This document shows positions 31,062 through 39,925 of a stretch of 64,000 bases of DNA, piece by piece. Source of the DNA: Gemmata sp. (GTDB lineage Bacteria > Planctomycetota > Planctomycetia > Gemmatales > Gemmataceae); assembly GCA_025055115.1 (NCBI GenBank), contig JANWYJ010000008.1, positions 44,230 to 108,229 of the forward strand. Direction: 5' to 3'. Under the pieces are notes generated by a model. The model was not told the origin of the DNA, searched no databases, and saw only the letters and a list, made by a program, of their open reading frames with translations. The number at the start of each line of letters is the position of its first letter. Positions within the stretch are counted from its first letter, which is position 1. Position numbers and translations under genes: made by a program.

Positions 31062-31233
31062 TGTGCCGACCAGCGTCGGGTTGTGCCGACCAGCGTCGGG
31101 TTGTGCCGACCAGCGTCGGGTTGTGCCGACCAGCGTCGGGCGGAGTTGGTCGCTACCGCCCAAGCTTGGTTTGGATAGCTCTCCATAAGCTTGTTGGTGC
31201 CGACCAGCGTCGGGCGGAGTTGGTCGCTACCGC
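31061..31233. repeat. Perfect 20-bp tandem repeat x4 with a hairpin core, plus a dispersed fifth copy 74 bp downstream
   Basis: ttgtgccgaccagcgtcggg is repeated x4 (31061-31140), each with CCGAC-cagc-GTCGG. A 19-bp tail cggagttggtcgctaccgc follows. One unit plus the tail recurs at 31197-31233. Confidence 0.95.
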
Positions 31234-31264
31234 AGTATCACGATCTTCGCACACGGTGGAGGCG

Positions 31265-31630
31265 ATGGAACCGCTCTTTTCGCCAGCGTGGTTTGCGGCG
31301 GGTGTTGTGACCGATTCCATCGCCGCGGACTTTGCCCAGCAAGCCGCGGCCGCACCGCATCACTGCCCACGGCATTGGCGCTGGCAGGCCTTCCGCGATT
31401 GGAGTGAAGAACGCGACCCGCTGACGGCGGACGAATGCCGGGCTGCGTATGAACTGGGAGTCCGCGAAGCGGCTGAGGATAGCAACCTGGGGGTGGCCAT
31501 CCTGTGCCATGTGCTGTTGCAACGTCACTGCCCAGCGGAGGTGCGGGCGGCGGCCATCAACAGCCCCTTCCCAGCGGTTCAGAAAGCCGCTTGCCGGGGG
31601 GAAAAACCGACCAGTTCTGGGGGCATGTGA
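31265..31630 (+). CDS. Hypothetical protein (121 aa)
   Basis: First ATG downstream of the repeat array within the 31061-31630 ORF. No family recognised. The upstream part of the ORF is merely translated tandem repeat. Confidence 0.4.
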   Translation: MEPLFSPAWFAAGVVTDSIAADFAQQAAAAPHHCPRHWRWQAFRDWSEERDPLTADECRAAYELGVREAAEDSNLGVAILCHVLLQRHCPAEVRAAAINSPFPAVQKAACRGEKPTSSGGM

Positions 31631-31777
31631 ACGTGTTCGGTTCTATGTGATCGTATGTTCAATTTTTGAACACTTCCTCATCAATAACCTCGACGGACAT
31701 TTCGTAATTGGCATCCCATGTGCAGACTATTCCTCTGCTGCCCAGGTTGGATGCAGCGGTTGATGAGGGGTTAGACC

Positions 31778-32320
31778 GTGTGGACATCGAACAGTACGAC
31801 GGTGATTGGTGTTTTCTCCATTCGCGAGGAGATGGAACAAGCCATCCGCGAACTGCGTGCGGCAGGATTCTCGGAAGATAGTATCGGGATGATCAGTCGC
31901 GACCCGGAAGGCCGGCTGGTCAGTGAAGGTGGTGGTCAAACATTGGTCAGCGAAGGAGCTGCGGCCGGCGCTGTGGTGGGAGCCAGTGCTGGGGCATTGG
32001 TAGGATGGGGGATGGTCAGCGGTACGATTCCGGTGATCGGTCCGGTGTTGGCCCTTGGTACACTGGGTACCATTCTGGTGAACGCGGCCGGCGGGGCTAC
32101 GATTCTGGGCATTGTGGGAGCTTTGGTCGGTCTGGGTATTCCCGAAGATGAAGCCAAGTTCTACGAAGCGGAAGTCCAAGGCGGCCGCTTTTTGGTCACG
32201 GTGGATGCCAGAGATCGCCAAACTGAGGCCTGGACAATCCTCAATCGGTCGGGGGGCTACAATCATGCGACCCAGACTCACGATCGCAGCAACCGACCGA
32301 GTACATCAGTGGCCAACTGA
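31778..32320 (+). CDS. General-stress-like protein with a central glycine-zipper hydrophobic segment
   Basis: 180 aa. VIGVFSIREEMEQAIRELRAAGFSEDSIGMISRD and EDEAKFYEAEVQGGRFLVTVDA flank a Gly/Ala/Val-rich stretch. It resembles YflT/DUF1269-type stress proteins. Confidence 0.6.
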   Translation: MWTSNSTTVIGVFSIREEMEQAIRELRAAGFSEDSIGMISRDPEGRLVSEGGGQTLVSEGAAAGAVVGASAGALVGWGMVSGTIPVIGPVLALGTLGTILVNAAGGATILGIVGALVGLGIPEDEAKFYEAEVQGGRFLVTVDARDRQTEAWTILNRSGGYNHATQTHDRSNRPSTSVAN

Positions 32321-32433
32321 CCAGAAACTTTTACATCAGTGGCCAACTGACCAGAAACTTTGCAACTGTGACCGACCAAGCTTTCGACATCGTCCGGGGT
32401 GATGCACCACAGTGGCCAACTGCCCGGAAACTT
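32302..32433. repeat. Perfect 30-bp tandem duplication spanning a stop codon, plus a degenerate third copy 73 bp on
   Basis: tacatcagtggccaactgaccagaaacttt occurs at 32302-32331 and 32332-32361, 30/30 identical. The tga at 32318-32320 is the CDS stop. A third copy, cagtggccaactgcccggaaactt, starts at 32410. Confidence 0.95.
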
Positions 32434-32679
32434 GGCAACGGTTGCCGTTAGCCCCACCCCAGACGGACCACCTGCGACGTTCAACCACCATCGCTTGTTG
32501 CGAGATACGATTGCGTTCGGGGTGGATTTCGTGGTGTTCGTTTCGCCTGCCCTGTCCTGTATGGGCTGTTGAGATTCCGGAGCACAGGTGCTTTCACGGC
32601 AGCACCGAGATACCAACCACGATAACGTTTCAACCACCCGAGCTAATGGCGATGGTTCCTAGTGGGTGTGACAATCCAC

Positions 32680-33909
32680 CTATTCCATTTCCAGGGTTGC
32701 GAGGGCGAGGGCGATGCGGCAACCGTCTTCAAATTCCTTCAGATCGACATATTCCTTGACGGTGTGAATCTCGTTTTGCCCCGCTCCGAAAGTGACGGTC
32801 GGGATGCCGTGTTTGACCATCCAATTCGCATCCAACCCACCATTGGTGACGCGCAGTTGCGGTTCGCGCTCAATCGCCCGCACCGCGGCTTGCGCTCGCA
32901 CCACGACTGGCGCATCGGGCTTGAGCCGGAAGGGCAGATAATCGAGCCGGGAGGTGAATTTGACTTTGGCCGTTCGTCCTTCGTGGTCTTTCACGTGCTT
33001 GGCGGCCTGGGCGAACGCAACTTTATACGCCGCGGTGATTTCCCGAACGAATTTCGCATCGTGACTGCGGCTTTCCCCCTTCACATGGACGAAATCGGTC
33101 ACCACATTGGTGGCATCGCCGGCGCTTTTGCCGTCGGCGCTACCAACAACGCCAACGTTGCTGGTGCCTTCGCGGCCATTTTTCGTCACTTTGCCGAACC
33201 AGCCGCCGTGGTGAACCTCCGCCAAAGCCAATGCCAAGACCATCGTCGCGGAAATCCCCTTTTCTGGAGCAACTCCGGCGTGGGCCGCTTTTCCGTAAAT
33301 GTCGACCGTCCAGCGGTCGGCCCCTATGGCTCCGATAATGACATCGGCGGCACTTTTCCCGTCGAAGTTGAAACCCATCACCGGTCCGCCGAGGTCGGCC
33401 GGGTTGAGGTGTTTGGCGCCGAACAGCCCACTTTCTTCGCGAACTGTAAAGAGCAGCGTAATCGGTGGGTGGGGCAGATTCTGCTGCAGCAGTTCAGCGG
33501 CCAGTGTCACCAGAACGGCACAACCACTGCGATTATCACCCCCGAGGGCCGTGGTACCTTCCAGTTCGTTAACGATTCGCCGACCCACCCGTTTCGGTTT
33601 CGCCCCCGCGCAGAGCGGTACGGTGTCCATGTGTGTCATGAACAGCAGGGGCTTGGCGTTTTTGCGGCCATTGGCGGGTAATTTGACGATCAAATTGCCA
33701 ATCGGCGTGGGTTCGGGAATGCGGGTGTGGGCGTCGTCGAAGCGGATGGCTTTCGCCGGCACACCCACGTCCTTGAGAGCAGCCACCAGTTCCTCGCCAA
33801 TGGCCTTTTCTTGACCAGTGATGGCCGAAACCGACAACAATCGCATCAACCGCGCAATGGCGGCTTCGGTATCCAGATGAAACACAGGCGGCGGCGCAGT
33901 CGCAGGCAT
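32680..33909 (-). CDS. M20-family metallopeptidase (tripeptidase / PepT-like)
   Basis: 409 aa. FMTHMDTVP, LGGDNRSGCAVL and a C-terminal ...VTFGAGQNEIHTVKEYV are typical of M20/M42 peptidases. Confidence 0.85.
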   Translation of the reverse strand: MPATAPPPVFHLDTEAAIARLMRLLSVSAITGQEKAIGEELVAALKDVGVPAKAIRFDDAHTRIPEPTPIGNLIVKLPANGRKNAKPLLFMTHMDTVPLCAGAKPKRVGRRIVNELEGTTALGGDNRSGCAVLVTLAAELLQQNLPHPPITLLFTVREESGLFGAKHLNPADLGGPVMGFNFDGKSAADVIIGAIGADRWTVDIYGKAAHAGVAPEKGISATMVLALALAEVHHGGWFGKVTKNGREGTSNVGVVGSADGKSAGDATNVVTDFVHVKGESRSHDAKFVREITAAYKVAFAQAAKHVKDHEGRTAKVKFTSRLDYLPFRLKPDAPVVVRAQAAVRAIEREPQLRVTNGGLDANWMVKHGIPTVTFGAGQNEIHTVKEYVDLKEFEDGCRIALALATLEME

Positions 33910-34009
33910 ACACAGCTACTCACAAATGACAGCCAAGAATCACAACCACCAGTTAGAATACAGACAGCGGCACCCGGTCCGACGCTCGTTCTACCCCAGC
34001 CGAGCACTA

Positions 34010-34453
34010 TCAGCGGCTCCGCAGTAATTTCGCCATCCGCTGTTCCAGACGCAGCCAAACCTCCCCCGTGGGCCGGACCACTGGCGGCAAGGCCTCCGGA
34101 AAATGGGTCAATTTCCCCTCCGCCGTGACTTGGGCAAAACCGAACAAAGCTTCCATCCAGGGGTCGTCAGCGGTACTCTCCCAGGGAATGCCTACCAGGC
34201 CACAGATGAGATAGCCCGCGGTGCGGTGGATGACGGCCCCCTGAATTTCCACCACCACCCCGACCGGCACCGGCCGCAAACACTCCATGTTCAGCACACG
34301 CCGCAACACCAAATTGGCCTCGGGGCCGATGTGCTTCCAGGCGGTGGCGTACGCGGCTTCTAACGCTAAGCGCAGCATCGCCCCGGCGTAGAGCGTCCCG
34401 TGGTGATTGGCGTCCGCAGGGAGCACCAACTTGTGCGTATGCGTGATGCTCAT
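34010..34453 (-). CDS. Acyl-CoA thioesterase (hotdog fold)
   Basis: 147 aa. LPADANHHGTLYAGAMLRLALEAAY...CLRPVPVGVVVEIQGAVI. Confidence 0.8.
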   Translation of the reverse strand: MSITHTHKLVLPADANHHGTLYAGAMLRLALEAAYATAWKHIGPEANLVLRRVLNMECLRPVPVGVVVEIQGAVIHRTAGYLICGLVGIPWESTADDPWMEALFGFAQVTAEGKLTHFPEALPPVVRPTGEVWLRLEQRMAKLLRSR

Positions 34454-34596
34454 AAGACCATTGTGAGAAAAGGACTCGGTGGGGAAATCGTACCGGTCGC
34501 GGCCCCCTCAGGACACCCAAAACAGCGTAGACGATGCCCCCACCGATTCGCACCATGACCGGGACACCCGCAACGTCTGACCCAGAGGATTGCGCC

Positions 34597-35043
34597 ATGC
34601 AACGAACCCTCATTCTCCTGAAGCCGGATGCGGTGCAACGGCGATTGATCGGTGAAATTATTGCACGCTTCGAACGCAAAGGACTACGCCTGGTCGGTCT
34701 GAAATTGGTGCCCGTGAGCCGTGAGTTGGCCGAAAAACACTACGCCATCCACAAAGGCAAACCCTTCTACGAGAGTTTGCTCAGCTTCCTGACCAGCGGC
34801 CCCACCGTGGCCATGGTCTGGGAAGGCCGCGACGCCGTGGCCGTTTGCCGCAACCTCATGGGGGTCACCGATGGGGCCAAAGCCCCCCCCGGTACCATTC
34901 GCGGTGATCTGGCCTTAAGTGTCCAAAATAACCTCGTCCACGGTTCGGACAGCCCCGAAAATGCCGCCGCCGAAATCGCCCTGTGGTTCCACAATGACGA
35001 ATTGGTGAACTTCACCACGACCGATGCCCCCTGGGTCGGCTAA
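34597..35043 (+). CDS. ndk: Nucleoside-diphosphate kinase
   Basis: [30 protein letters not shown]..., GTIRGDLA and NLVHGSDS. Start at ATG 34597. Confidence 0.95.
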   Translation: MQRTLILLKPDAVQRRLIGEIIARFERKGLRLVGLKLVPVSRELAEKHYAIHKGKPFYESLLSFLTSGPTVAMVWEGRDAVAVCRNLMGVTDGAKAPPGTIRGDLALSVQNNLVHGSDSPENAAAEIALWFHNDELVNFTTTDAPWVG

Positions 35044-35165
35044 GTCCGGGGCGATGCTCTCGCGCCATCCGCTGCCGACGGAATCTTCACCCTGCTTTCG
35101 CCGGTCGTTCCGGCAAAACGAGTCGCGTTCACCGCCTCCGGGGGTCGAAAGGACAACCGGAGGAA

Positions 35166-35444
35166 ATGACCATGCGCCAACAGCTAATCGCACTTCTGCT
35201 CCTGGCAACCGTGACCGTCGAAACAACGGCCGCCTGGCCTGCCCGCTATCCGTTTGTGCGGACCGCAGCCCTCGAGAGCCGTACCGGCAACGTTCATACA
35301 GCCGTCACCCGCGTGCAACCCGTGGTCGGTTCGCTGCAACGGACCAGCCGTTTCCGCAATCCCTTCACCCACCAGGCGAAGTACACAATGACCACCTACA
35401 ACCCGCTGGTGGGGAGCTTTCAGCAAGTGAAATTCCGGCGTTAA
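35166..35444 (+). CDS. Small secreted hypothetical protein (92 aa)
   Basis: GGAGGAAATG context and a signal-like N-terminus (MTMRQQLIALLLLATVTVETTAA). No family recognised. Confidence 0.45.
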   Translation: MTMRQQLIALLLLATVTVETTAAWPARYPFVRTAALESRTGNVHTAVTRVQPVVGSLQRTSRFRNPFTHQAKYTMTTYNPLVGSFQQVKFRR

Positions 35445-35579
35445 GCCCCCCGCGCAGCTTGATTCTGCCCACTTGCTGGGTGAACGGGCAGCCCTCCAGC
35501 CCCTCCCTGTCGCTACGGAGGACTGTCGCTGCTGAAGACTGACGACCCACCCGGGGCCTCAGCGGGGGCTGAGAGCGCT

Positions 35580-36932
35580 TTATCCTTTCGGTGACATCAA
35601 TTCACGCTCAATAAACGTGGTATCGACCGTTCCAGCGATGAACGCCTCGTTGCGGAAAATCGTCTGAAGCAGGGGAATGGTGGTGTGAATGCCCTCGACG
35701 CGGAATTCCCGGAGGCAACGGCGCATGACTGCGAAGGCTTCGTCCCGCGTCGGTTGGTGAACCAGCAGCTTGGCCACCATGCTGTCGTAGTTCGAAGGTA
35801 CGCGATAGCCAGCGCAAACGTGGGAATCGAGCCGAACCCCCGGGCCACCCGGAGGCCGCCAGGTCTTGACCACACCCGGACTGGGGCGAAAATCGTTCGC
35901 CGGGTCTTCCGCATTGATGCGCACTTCAATGGCGTGCCCGCGTTGGACAATGTCTTTCTGCTGATAGCGTAATTTTTCGCCCGCAGCAATACGAATTTGT
36001 TCGCGGATCAGATCGACCCCCGTGACCAATTCCGTGACTGGGTGTTCCACCTGAATCCGCGCATTCACTTCAATGAAATAAAATCGGTTGTGCTGATCGA
36101 CGAGGAATTCGCAAGTGCCAGCGTTGTAATAGCCCGCTTCTTGGGCCAAGCGAACGGCAGCCGCGCACATCTCCTGCCGCACCGCGTCGGGCAGTCGGGG
36201 CGAGGGCGATTCTTCGACCAATTTCTGGTGGCGGCGCTGCAAGGAGCAGTCGCGTTCAAATAGATGAATGACGTGACCGTATTGGTCGCCGAGCAGTTGC
36301 ACTTCGACGTGGCGCGGCCGATCGAGGTATTTTTCGAGAAAAACGCTGCCGTCTTTGAAAGCGGCTTCGGCCTCAGCGCGGGCTTGGGCAAAACCGGCCA
36401 CCAGAGAGGCTTCGTCGCGCGCGACGCGCATGCCGCGGCCACCACCACCGGCCGAGGCCTTGATGAGCACTGGGTAGCCCACGGCACGGGCGAATTTTTT
36501 CGCCTCCTCCTCGCTGTGCACCAGGCCATCGCTGCCGGGCACGGTGGGCACTTTCGCCGCCTTGGCGACGGTTTTGGATTTGTCCTTGTTGCCCAACCGT
36601 TCCATGGCTTCGACCGGGGGGCCGATAAATTCAATACCCGACGCCCGGCACTGCTCCGCGAACTTGCTATTTTCCGACAAAAACCCATAGCCGGGATGGA
36701 TGGCCTGAGCCCCGGTCACCTCTGCCGCCGCAATGATCCGGGGAATCTTCAGGTAGCTTTCTGACGATACAGCCGGACCGATGCAGATACTCTGATCGGC
36801 GACATCCAACCACGGAGCGCCGCGATCAGCTTCGGAGTAGACGGCGACTGCTTCAATGCCCAGATCGTGGCACGCCCGGATGATACGGAGGGCAATTTCG
36901 CCGCGGTTGGCGACAAGAATTTTGCTGAACAT
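35580..36932 (-). CDS. accC: Acetyl-CoA carboxylase biotin carboxylase subunit
   Basis: [21 protein letters not shown]..., ATP-grasp motifs and [15 protein letters not shown]. Start at ATG 36932. Confidence 0.96.
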   Translation of the reverse strand: MFSKILVANRGEIALRIIRACHDLGIEAVAVYSEADRGAPWLDVADQSICIGPAVSSESYLKIPRIIAAAEVTGAQAIHPGYGFLSENSKFAEQCRASGIEFIGPPVEAMERLGNKDKSKTVAKAAKVPTVPGSDGLVHSEEEAKKFARAVGYPVLIKASAGGGGRGMRVARDEASLVAGFAQARAEAEAAFKDGSVFLEKYLDRPRHVEVQLLGDQYGHVIHLFERDCSLQRRHQKLVEESPSPRLPDAVRQEMCAAAVRLAQEAGYYNAGTCEFLVDQHNRFYFIEVNARIQVEHPVTELVTGVDLIREQIRIAAGEKLRYQQKDIVQRGHAIEVRINAEDPANDFRPSPGVVKTWRPPGGPGVRLDSHVCAGYRVPSNYDSMVAKLLVHQPTRDEAFAVMRRCLREFRVEGIHTTIPLLQTIFRNEAFIAGTVDTTFIERELMSPKG

Positions 36933-37031
36933 GCCTGGTGTCCTGAGTCGTTTGTCGTTGGTGGGGCCGACAGGTGACGCGGGCTGTGGTCGCCGCGGGA
37001 GCACGGCAACTCGCAAGCCGCCGACCAACGA

Positions 37032-37550
37032 CTAGGCCGGATCGACCCGGAACAAGACTTCCCCGTATTCCACCGGTTCACCGCTTTTCTTGCAAATTTC
37101 CACAATCGTGCCGGTGCAATCCGCGTAAACCTCGTTGTAGAGTTTCATCGCTTCAATCGTACAAACAACGGTTTTCGGAGTGACTTTACTACCAAGGGTT
37201 ACGTAGTCGGGTTTTTTCGGGTCGGGTTTGGCGTAGAACGTCCCGACCATAGGCGATTTGATCTCGATGAGATTTTTGGTGGTCGTGGGTGGTGGGGGTG
37301 GCGGTGCCACGGGGGAATTGCCGTTGGCCGTGGCCGGTGGGCTGGCGGTAACCGGCGCCGCCGCCGGGGCCGTGAGTGGCAGCGGCGAGGGGAACGCCGG
37401 CGCGGCGGGGTAAAGCGCCGGGGCGACCGCGGTTCCTTTGCGCAGACGAATACGTTGGTCGCCTTCCTTGAGGTCGATCTCGGCCAGTTCGTGCGCGGTC
37501 ATCAGTTTCAGCAAATATTCGACCGTGCGCACGTCGAACGGTCGGGGCAT
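37032..37550 (-). CDS. accB: Acetyl-CoA carboxylase biotin carboxyl carrier protein
   Basis: Ala/Pro-rich linker and a C-terminal biotinyl domain with EAMKL (CTIEAMKLYNEV). Start at ATG 37550. Confidence 0.9.
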   Translation of the reverse strand: MPRPFDVRTVEYLLKLMTAHELAEIDLKEGDQRIRLRKGTAVAPALYPAAPAFPSPLPLTAPAAAPVTASPPATANGNSPVAPPPPPPTTTKNLIEIKSPMVGTFYAKPDPKKPDYVTLGSKVTPKTVVCTIEAMKLYNEVYADCTGTIVEICKKSGEPVEYGEVLFRVDPA

Positions 37551-37739
37551 ATCCCGTTTGTCGTCGGCCACCACGCCACTCCCAAAACGAAACGCCCGGC
37601 CCAACCGGGACTGCGAGAAAGCTAATGTACAGGGGAGCGGGGCGATTGGCAGCGGGTGGTGGCCGTGGTGCGAGGGTTTCTGGCGGCAGCCGTCCACTCC
37701 GCCCCATCCGCCCCACCGCGAGGATTTCAACCAGCGCTG

Positions 37740-38885
37740 TCAAACGACCGCGAAGGTGCTGATTTCCCGGGGCAGCGTACTGAGCAGCCGGTAGCCATCG
37801 TGCGTGACCAAAACATCATCTTCAATGCGCACACCGCCCCAACCCGGAATATAGATGGCCGGCTCAATCGTCACGACCATACCCGATTCGAGAACGTCTT
37901 CCGAGTTGGCACGAATCTTCGGCGCTTCGTGGACCTCCAGGCCGATGCCATGCCCCAGGCCGTGGGTGAAATAATCGGCCAAATTGCCTTCCGGGGCGCG
38001 ATGGATTTTCGCGGTCGCAATCGCCTTGCGGGCGGCGGCGTCCACGTCTTTGGCCTTCACGCCGGGGCGAATCATGGCCAACGCGGCATTCTGCGCGGTG
38101 AGAACCACTTGATAAATCTCTTCAAAATCGTAACCAACACGTTCCATCTTGTTGCGGCGGCTGGGAGCCGTGCCAAAGGGGCTACGCAGTGTGCGGGTCA
38201 AATCCGACTTGTACAGCAGGTCGGCACCCCAATCGACCAACAGTTTGCTTCCTTCCCCCAACGGCCGGTTGGTGGGCGGGGCGTGCGGCAAAGCCCCGCG
38301 CTCGCCGACGGCCACAATCGGAGGGAAAGACGAACCACGGGCCCCGGCGCGACGGATGTAATTCTCCAGGGCATCGACCATTTCTTTTTCTGTGTCCGTC
38401 TCACGCAGCGTCGCAACGAACATGCGGAATGCCCGCTCGGCGACCCGCACCGAATCTTCAATCTTCTGCACTTCACTGGGGTCTTTGATAACACGCTGCG
38501 CTTCAATCACCCCGTTGAGCGGAACAAAGTTGATTTTCGGAGCCAGCGCCTTCAACTGCTCCAGCTCGCCCAAGGTGATGCGATTCCCCTCCACACCCAC
38601 CGACTTGACTCCGGCCTTGGTCAACACTTCCGCCGCCGCTTCCAACGTGGTGCGGTTGTGCGGGCGGATATGAGCATCCAGATCACTGCATTCGTCCTTG
38701 ATCTGTTCCTCAAAGCGGCTGTCACTGATGAGCAGACCGTTTTTCACCGTGGTGAAGTACGTGTCCTCACCCGTAAAACCCGTCAGGTAAGTGACATTGA
38801 CCGCAGTGGTGACCAGGAAGGCCTCCACTCCGTGGGTTTTTAGGGCCCGAGTCAACGCGGTGCGACGTTCGAGGATGTAGTTCAT
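37740..38885 (-). CDS. pepP: Xaa-Pro aminopeptidase (M24B family)
   Basis: 381 aa with a creatinase-like N-domain and the M24 metal-ligand region HGLGHGIGLEVHE...EPAIYIPGWGGVRIED. Confidence 0.88.
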   Translation of the reverse strand: MNYILERRTALTRALKTHGVEAFLVTTAVNVTYLTGFTGEDTYFTTVKNGLLISDSRFEEQIKDECSDLDAHIRPHNRTTLEAAAEVLTKAGVKSVGVEGNRITLGELEQLKALAPKINFVPLNGVIEAQRVIKDPSEVQKIEDSVRVAERAFRMFVATLRETDTEKEMVDALENYIRRAGARGSSFPPIVAVGERGALPHAPPTNRPLGEGSKLLVDWGADLLYKSDLTRTLRSPFGTAPSRRNKMERVGYDFEEIYQVVLTAQNAALAMIRPGVKAKDVDAAARKAIATAKIHRAPEGNLADYFTHGLGHGIGLEVHEAPKIRANSEDVLESGMVVTIEPAIYIPGWGGVRIEDDVLVTHDGYRLLSTLPREISTFAVV

Positions 38886-38951
38886 ACGAGCGTTAGCGTA
38901 ATTAAAGTGAGGTGACGTTTGGTTAAGTAATCAACTGAGCAACGCCTCTCC

Positions 38952-38980
38952 ATAATACGGGCGTTTCACACAAATCAGAA
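38952..38980 (-). promoter_or_regulatory. Sigma-70-like promoter candidate for pepP-accB-accC
   Basis: The minus strand reads TTCTGA-N17-TATTAT followed by GGAGA. It lies inside a 233-bp AT-rich spacer. Confidence 0.3.
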
Positions 38981-39118
38981 GTGTTACTATCTTGTGTGGC
39001 GTGAGAATTCAACAATTAACCGAAATATTTCGCCAGGTTTTTGTTGTGATTTTCAATAACAGCTGAATCAGGTGGAACGAGGATACCAAGTTGGATTCCT
39101 GTTACATACACCGTCAGG

Positions 39119-39709
39119 ATGACGACCGACCACGGCAAGCGATACACGACAAATATCATGAACGTTATAACCAAAACTGATCCGGCGCAACAGGACCGCT
39201 TGTGGCTCGGCTATCATCCGCGAGCGGCCATTCCTTGGATGGTGACGGTCGGAGCGGTTTCTTTGCTGATTTGGACGGGAAAATGGTATCTCGACGAGCT
39301 TTCCGATCTGGCCGAAAAGATCGGGGCACTGGCCTTGTTCGCGTTGGCGTGGGGGGTGTGGCCACTCTTAGGGGCGATCATTCTGTATCGTACAGTTGCC
39401 TACACGTATCGGCTCACCGATCGCGCGCTGTACTATGATTTTGGTTTTTGGTATGCTCCACAGCCTCCGGTCTGGCTGCAGGACATCCTCGCGGTTCGCT
39501 GGGGGGGCGGATGGCTCAGTTGCGCGTTGGGAGTCGGCTGGATCGAGGTGCGGACAGCCGATCGTGTGGTTCGTTGGCCAGGAGTGCGCCATCCCCAGCG
39601 AGTGGCGGAAGCTATTCGCGCGGCTGTCGCCGCGGTCCAACGTGCCGACACCCGAATACCGCAAGTCGTTGCCACCCCAACCAATCGCGACGATCTGTTC
39701 AGAATGTGA
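39119..39709 (+). CDS. Membrane protein with a bacterial PH (YdbS/YdbT-like) domain
   Basis: Two TM segments followed by YRLTDRALYYDFG...IEVRTADRVVRWPGVRHPQRVAEAIR. An alternative start lies at ATG 39158. Confidence 0.65.
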   Translation: MTTDHGKRYTTNIMNVITKTDPAQQDRLWLGYHPRAAIPWMVTVGAVSLLIWTGKWYLDELSDLAEKIGALALFALAWGVWPLLGAIILYRTVAYTYRLTDRALYYDFGFWYAPQPPVWLQDILAVRWGGGWLSCALGVGWIEVRTADRVVRWPGVRHPQRVAEAIRAAVAAVQRADTRIPQVVATPTNRDDLFRM

Positions 39710-39885
39710 ACTCGGCCGTGGTGCGGAAGCGGTGCTCCCTGATTCTCCGCGAACTGTTCAGAAGGTGAACGGGGCAGTGGTGGGGGAGCGGTGCTCCGTG
39801 ACGCTCTGCGCGCCGAGAAGTCGCCGGCGTCAAAGACGGCTTGTGCCGGTGGTGGGGGAGCGGTGCTCCGTCACTCTCTGCGCGG
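39695..39885. repeat. 59-bp tandem repeat starting in the last 15 nt of the PH-domain CDS, plus a partial third copy 72 bp on
   Basis: ctgttcagaa[t/g]gtgaac...gtggtg[c/g]gg[a/g]agcggtgctcc... occurs at 39695 and 39754. The segment gtggtgggggagcggtgctccgt recurs at 39777 and 39849. Confidence 0.9.
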
Positions 39886-39925
39886 TGGTGCCCGGTCACT
39901 TGCTTGTGCGCTGGTGGGTGCTTTC

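Noticed and set aside
31061-31264. N-terminal 68 aa of the 31061-31630 ORF (MCRPASGCADQRRVVPTSVGLCRPASG...).
   Set aside because: This is simply the translation of the 20-bp tandem array and the duplicated GNAT tail. The CDS, if real, starts at ATG 31265.
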